A program made the position numbers and the translations under genes. Positions 56,901 through 64,000 of a DNA stretch of 64,000 nucleotides are shown here, one piece after another. The notes beneath the pieces are model-generated. The model searched no databases. It was not told the origin of the DNA and saw only the letters and a program-made list of their open reading frames with translations. Location: NCBI GenBank assembly GCA_030141605.1, contig JAQGDQ010000251.1:124001-188000 (forward strand), in the 5' to 3' direction. Position 1 is the first letter of the stretch, and every line of letters starts with the position of its first letter. Origin of the DNA: Tubiluchus corallicola (lineage: Eukaryota > Animalia > Priapulida).

Positions 56901-59900
56901 ATTTGTCATAGAATACAGGTACATTTTTGTGTACTTGCTTTTTAACTAACCCAGTTCACACGAAGCTGTCATGAATAAAATTTATTTCGATAAGATTTCT
57001 GTAAAGTTCTCTTGGCAGGTCTAACTTTTAAAATGTTTCACAATTAACATTTAAAAATGACATGCCTGCTCAAAAATATAAAATACTCTTACATAGTAAG
57101 AGCTGACTTTTATAACAGAGGAGGCTTAACTTAAAAATTGTGACGAAAAAATCCAATCCTTACCTGGACATTGTTAAAGTCAACCCGATTAAGGTCTGTC
57201 AGCATCTGTGTAATCTGAGACGAATTTTGCAGCACTGCTCTGGCGGCTTGGGCAAGGTGATTAAGTGACGTGTACCTCCTAAGAGTTTGTGCGAAAGCAT
57301 TCACGGCAGACAGCTGAACAAAAAAACAGAATGCTGCAATAGATCACAAGTGGTTAGTGACCAAATTTTGACCAACCACAAACCACTGACCAAAGTAAAA
57401 TAACCATAACTAGCTAAATAGACAAGTAAATAAGTAGACAACGTTCTATAGATACAAGGAACTAGACTAATGAACGTGTGTGCATCTAGCTAGTTATACC
57501 TACACTAAAATAGCTGAAAGATAAGTGAGTCACTCGAGTTTTATAGACACAGACTTTGTTTATGCAGATTAATAATCTTTATTCTACTAAGATGGCTGCA
57601 TAGAACTATCTTACTTTAACTTTGATCATGTCTTCAGGTACACCTTGCATTGCTGCTGATAGCCATCCATCCAAACTTTTAGCAAAATTACGAATAGCTT
57701 GTGTTAAAGTACCTGAAAATAAAAAAATTCACATAAAATCAATTTGTCAGAAAATGTCTGTCAAATTTTATTTTCTTCTGCCTAGTAAAAAAAACAGCAG
57801 GTACTTAAATTTACTTAAAGGGAAAAGAAAATATACTTGTCATAATTATAAATTTAAGTACAAATTAGTGGTCAGAAAGATTGTGTGATTGAATGATTAT
57901 AATTAAATTTGGGCTTATATTTCTGGTTATATATTTTCAGTTGCCAATGCAAATGGATTATATATTACCATACCAATATCACTTTCTCCTTTTTTTGGAA
58001 AATCTCTAAAAATCGTTTGACTGACATAGCCTCACTGTGGTGAAGTCAAGCAATATGTCTGTACCTTTACTAGTAATCTAGCACACTGGCACCTTAGATG
58101 CTAACATTTCTTATAAACATGTTTTGTTATAAAATATCATGATATTGAATCAGTTTCAGGTTCAATTCATCGATCACAAAAAGAGGGTGCTTTACTTGTG
58201 TGCTTTAGTGACCAAAGCACACTCTTACTATTATATTATACTTCCTATAATACTATTAATTTGTCATAGAATACAAGTACATTTTTGTGTACTTGCTTTT
58301 TAACTAACCAAATTTATTTAAAATGTGTTCTTAGATTTGCTCACTAGTCTTTGCGTATATATACAATTTATTGTACTTGAATAAGGATAAAATGATAACA
58401 ATAATAATAAATTGAACATTGCAATGTTAGGAAATACATAAAACGAAACAGTAGAAATCTATAATTCCAAATACAGTGCACTATTACGGGATTTAATGGC
58501 TTACTTGGAATTGGCCGAAGAACATCAGGAATGAGCACTTCGACAAGTGCTTGATATATTTGATAATCACATCCACGCACATACTTCTGTATCACATCCA
58601 TTCTGCAGAGGAGATACAGCTTGTCCTTTGGTAACTGCATCTCAAAATCCTTGTCTCTGTAAATGACAATGTGTGTTACTTTATAAATGATTCTTTATCA
58701 CAGAAGGATAACTATGCAATAATCTTATACATTAACAAGTAAAAGCAAAAAAAAAACGAAAGTAATTTTACTTCAAGGTCTAAAAGCCCAATGAAAATAA
58801 ACAAAACAACAAAATGAAATTTCAGAGAATAGTAGCTTTACGGTTAACTATGCACAAACAAAACTAATTATTGTAATCAAATGGAAAGCAGCAGTTAATA
58901 GTATGCTGAAGTGACACTAATGCATTATAATGCATACTATACTTGGCGGTTTTTTAATATAAACATGAAACTATAATATTAAACGATTAAATTTAGTACG
59001 ATAATTAACATTATAACATCATAAAACAGAAAAGCCACTACCTCTATTTTTTATAAAAGCAACACGCTGTTACTTACAGTTCTGGGCCAGTTCTCCAAAA
59101 TCCTTGCCACAGGGATTCCACCATAGAAAATTGCAGATTTAACACAACGTCTAGTATTGACTGAAGTAAATGAAACAAATGCAGCAATTAACGAAATGCA
59201 GTAGACAAAGGAGAAGCACTATCTTGCTGATAGTTTTATATGACTAAATGACTAAATTTATAATTAAAAAAAGAAAATTTAAATAACGCCACGTTATTTT
59301 ACCTCACAATGTTCCTTAAATAGACACTGGAAAGATTTGACATCGTCATCTGACAAGCCATCAGGAAGCAATGTACCGCCGAACTCAATCACATCAAAAT
59401 TTGGGAACTCACTTTTAGCTTCGCCCAGGTATTGTTTGTGTTGATCATGCTGTATACGAAAACTCTATGTAAATGCTTATATACAAATGTTAATAAACAC
59501 AAATGCATGATATTTCTCAAAGTGAAATTCAGTCCTGCTGGAGTGAGTTTATCACTACCTATGCTTGTGAATAATACTTCTAAGAAGTCTTCCCAAAATC
59601 AAAATGTTTTAAATTGTACGACTGCATGATCCAAAACGTGTACATTTAATTGCATGGCAATTTATAGTACAATGCAAATCACAGCAAATCTACAAATTTA
59701 TTTCAGAATTCTTAGAATTTATAGTAACGTAATTGACCAAATGCATCAATACACATGCAAGTTAAATACAGAATATACAAATGTGGTAATGATAAAACAA
59801 GATAGTAATTCATACAAAATACTGCATGTTAACTTTAAATTTCACACATAATTATAATTCATAATTCATATGTGATTCATAATTATACAAACGAAAACAT

Positions 59901-62900
59901 TGTGTCACAATATTGTGGTACTTTGTGTCACACATAGACTTATACCAATCTGTGAACAGACAGTAACACTAATGCACACGCAGTAAAGTGTTGTGCACTA
60001 ACAATTAATTTGCAAATAATCTTACAATATGAATCTTACGCTATACAGAATCAAAAAGAAAATGTGTGCTAGCTCTAGAGTAAAAATTAATTATGCACTA
60101 TGCAAGCTTGCATAGTAAGCACAGATTAACTAGTTAAAAACTTAAACTACTTATATGACATTATTCTACCTTAAAATACAGTGCAGTAATATAAATGTGC
60201 ATATCAAAGATGTGTGCAAAGTGCATAAAGTATCACATGCAGAAAAATAACAGTTCTGAAGCAGTATCTTCATTTAATGAACATGAAAACAATCATGGAT
60301 TTCATTTCATCTAGTTCAATGATAAAGGACAAATTTCTTGTTTTGTTCCTTGTTAAAGTTGTCCTATGCAGTATGACAATGTTATGAATGTTAAGTTATT
60401 AAGGTTTTCCTTCTCATCGATTTATTACCCTTTAGAAAACACAGTCCAAATGAAGCCAATCACAGCTTTAAAAATGCCTTCATTCATGAAGCACTACATT
60501 GTAAATTTACTAGCCCAATTTTGGATATAAACAATGTGCCCAAAAAATCGCCACATGACTATAGCTAGCCAAAACTGTTTCTCCGCATAATTCCCCAGAT
60601 TTTGCAAATTTAGTACTAAGTCTTAAGTACAGTTTTAAAGTTGTGTACAAATTAAATACCTAGTAAGAACAAAGCCCCCGATACTCAACTACCTTGCAAG
60701 TGTTATCTCAAACCTAACTCAAAACTTCTAGGTTGGAAACTAGGCTTACTACATGATGCATGATTTTGCTCTTCCGCTGGCTATTTGTAATTTATTCAAA
60801 CTGATAAATGAAACAGCAAAAAGTTGTCAAGTGTACACGTGTTGTCAAATGTGTTGTCTGGCACAATTAACCTTTGATCTTTTAACGATCAGGATCAATC
60901 GTGGAACTGTGAAAAGGCTTATTACGTAAACAGATAATGTAGATGATGATGGTGACGATGAACTTGAGTACCCGCCCGGTCTTTTAGTACTTGGATGTTC
61001 TTACTATCGCAAAAATTTCATGTCGAAATATTCTGACTCAGATAGTTCATTTTTTGCCTTGTGTGTTTGATTATTAACACAGAGCAATCAACACAGAGTT
61101 GAGGTGTTCATCACAATTCGCAAAAATGCATGCACAGTGCAGTTTTAACACAGCCTTAATAAGCATGGTTAGAGCGAGTAGGAAGCTCACTCCACATTTC
61201 AGAGAATAAACCAGCCTGTAGAAACTTGGTCAGTCTTATTATTATACTGTGACTCGCAACTATAGTCCAACATTGAATAGTAAGCTTGTGTACGAGCAGC
61301 AAAAACTTAGATTAGTCCCAAAAGTACTTGCACTGAATCAACTAGGCTGTCAACTCTGCTTACAACAATTTTACTGAAAAATAACTCAACTGTGCCCACA
61401 CGTGCTTCACTACACCGCACTGCACAGCTTTAATAAATAGATACTTGCATCAGCATCATTGTTAGTAATGCATTCTTGAATAACCTATTGAAAAGATTTC
61501 TGTCATTCAAATGTTGACTGAGAATATAACTTAGAAAAAACATTATTATAAAAACAAGCACAACACATATATTCCTACATACACATAAAAAATGTCTTTC
61601 AAATGTTGCCAAGTGCCAAGAACAAATGCAGTTGATAGTGGACTAGCAGTAGATGAAGCCAATGCAATCAATCTAAGCTTAACAATGCAACAAAATTTTG
61701 AAACTGTTTTGCTTCTCTACAGAACACGGTAGAAAATAATTGAATTTACCTGTGTTAAAGGTGTGTTAATAGGCTGATTTTGATATGAATGATTACTGCC
61801 TTGCGAAGACTGGTCACTTGCTTCTCCTTTAACAGACTTGAACCTAATGAAAAGAAACTAATGGTAACTAATCTGCATCAGCATTACATGCCTTATGCAA
61901 TATAGTTGGAATATTTTTAAACTATTTGTAAATATAGTGAAACATTTTTAAGTACTATAATGAATTAAAAAGCAGATTTTTATGTCACCTCGCATTAATA
62001 CAGGAAGATTAAAACTAAATGTTTTGTAAGCAAAATAAAAGTGTATAAAGCAAAAACAATTAAGAGTTCTGATTAGTGCAATATTTTCAAATTCTAAACA
62101 GTTTTACTGTGACCACTCATCTATGACATAATAACGTGAACTGATTTCTTTGAGCAACTTTCACCACATGGAGAAAGACAGTTCAGTTTAGCACTGCTTC
62201 CTTACCACCTGGCACTAAATTCATTTATGTAAAAACACAACAGTTGAGAGAGAGACTCATTCAAATTAAACCTAACAGACAATAAATACGGGGTGACTTT
62301 TTAAAAACAATATGCAAACAATTACTTGAAACCTGTAAATTGTAAACATGATAGTGTACTAAATTAAGAAATACCTTTTGCCTTGGTTAACAGGTTGTTG
62401 ACGCATTGCCATATATCCCAAATCATCCGCATATGCATTAAGCGGTGACCCCGCTTTAATACGTATGCCATAGTAATGATATTTTGAGTTGCCTCTGAAA
62501 AAAGAAAAGGAAAGTAATGCAAGGAGTTGCACGAGGATTGACTGACAGGAGTGCCAAACAAAAACCTGTTACCAAGGATATCACAACAAATGTGTTGCAC
62601 TTTACTGTACAACACTAAAATCCCGAGAAAAAGCTTCTTCCTTCTAAATGTAGAGACTGCAAACCATCGCTGAACGTGCTGACAATGCTGTCAATGCAAA
62701 AACTGGCTTTGCTGCAAACTTCACTTGCCAATAGAGAAAAACGTCTTCAGTAACAATTAATGAGCACTTGTTAAGCTCACTTTGTGAGATTCATGGAAAT
62801 AAAAGAAGTTTTTACAAGCAATTGGCATTAATGTACCTTGTGCCAAGCCGCCTAGTTCTCAGTCCCAGAAAAACTGAACGGATCAATTTTCCAAATGATG

Positions 62901-64000
62901 CAGCATTCACCGGATCCAGTTTGTGCTGAGCACAATGACGTAAATAATGGTTGTATAACGTGCTGCGTGGTAGACTCACACCCTCAGCTGTCTCATAATT
63001 GTCCAACAGCCATTGGATCTGTTGAGAAGATAACTCCGGCTATGAAATAAAAGATAAACAGCTCCATCTTTGGATGAGTCAGTAAGTTCAACACTGAATT
63101 CACGTCACAAGTAGCTACAACTACGACACTAGATCGTGCGCACTTGCAACGCAAGATGGAACTAATTATCTTGCACATACATATTTAGCATAACAACTAC
63201 AAGTACAAGATGCATATAAAACAAAAATTAATATCAACATTTTAATTACAGGTAGTCGTCGACTTACGACCTATGTGACTTACGACTGTTCGACTTTACA
63301 ATACAACCGAAACTTATTTAATTAATTATACAAAACTAACTATAACTCACATTTTCTTCTATTTCTTTAAACAAATTATTTTTAAATCGCTATTTGTTTC
63401 AATAAATTCATCGTAGGCGCAACCACACTTCATGCAAGTACATACACATCTTGCATGTACCACTTTAATATACAGGTCCTATTTGCGCCCAATTAATCTT
63501 TCGACCAATCTGTTGGAACGCACTTCGGTTGTAAGATGACGACTACCTGTACAGATAAAATAATAATCTTCCTTACATTAGTGTCACACGCATAGTGTAG
63601 CTTGGAAAGCATTTTAGTGTTATTTATCAATAGTGTGAGCTTAGATTATTTAAGAAACAACCAAATACATGAAATATTCTTAAACACTGAAATAAAATGG
63701 CAGATTTAAATATGACGCCTAAAGTAAAATCAACAGAAAATTTCCACTTGCCGACGAAAATTTTGGATTTTTATACTGATGCCAAAACATGCGTAAAACA
63801 TCAACGCTAACATCAGCATTTCATGCAGCAACATCTCATGCAAACATCTCTTACCGTAGCAGGAGACGCCCTAGTTGTGTGTGTCAGTGGATGACCCTGG
63901 TTGTCCATAAAACCTCCTTGAACTAGATATGTCCCACCACCTTGATATGTGACTACCTGTGAATTCTGGACAGGTGTTGACTGAGTCACAGGTAATGTAA
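53909..64000 (-). CDS. RFX: RFX1/2/3-class winged-helix transcription factor (daf-19-like); 13 exons in window, 5' end outside
   Basis: Exons 64000-63855, 63018-62837, 62494-62375, 61843-61750, 59449-59303, 59160-59078, 58656-58505, 57712-57615, 57313-57164, 56551-56343, 55336-55183, 54886-54758, 53980-53909 (TAG). DNA-binding domain [31 protein letters not shown]...[37 protein letters not shown]/dimerisation motifs [27 protein letters not shown] and [25 protein letters not shown]. Candidate poly(A) signal at 51930-51925. Confidence 0.96.
55527..56214. mobile_element. hAT-type MITE in an RFX intron
   Basis: Termini CAGGACCGG / CCGACTCTG; flanks GTTTTGAG/ATTTTGAA; G-rich subterminal region. 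Confidence 0.55.
56585..56951. repeat. About 365-bp direct duplication, copy 1 (RFX intron)
   Basis: Near-identical by eye to 57946-58309. Confidence 0.93.
57946..58309. repeat. About 365-bp direct duplication, copy 2 (RFX intron)
   Basis: Near-identical by eye to 56585-56951. Confidence 0.93.
63249..63549. mobile_element. Tigger/pogo-like MITE, TA TSD
   Basis: TA|CAGGTAGTCGTCGACTTACGACC ... GGTTGTAAGATGACGACTACCTG|TA. Confidence 0.85.

Overview
AT-rich, intron-rich eukaryotic (invertebrate metazoan) genomic DNA, not prokaryotic. I reconstructed four protein-coding genes by hand from GT-AG splice sites and reading-frame phase. (1) The 3' half of a WDR62/MAPKBP1-family gene (+, 10 exons, stop at 7303). 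(2) A KIF-binding protein gene (KIFBP/KIAA1279; +, uninterrupted CDS 11454-13220). (3) LRRC9 (-, about 28 coding exons, 47169 to about 16424, about 1445 aa), whose middle region looks like a degenerate PARP/ADP-ribosyltransferase fold. (4) An RFX1/2/3-class transcription factor (-, 13 exons in window, stop at 53909, 5' end beyond the window). All four belong to cilium, centrosome or microtubule biology. Just past the RFX 3' end is a compact CCAAT/E-box/X-box/forkhead motif cluster, a candidate LRRC9 promoter. Introns are dense with non-autonomous DNA transposons (hAT-type with 8-bp TSDs, pogo/Tigger-type with TA TSDs), tRNA- and 5S-derived SINE fragments, LINE remnants, hairpins and a 59-bp satellite. 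Most short ORFs in the supplied track are spurious or are exon read-throughs. Gene names come from recalled motif similarity; no database search was run.
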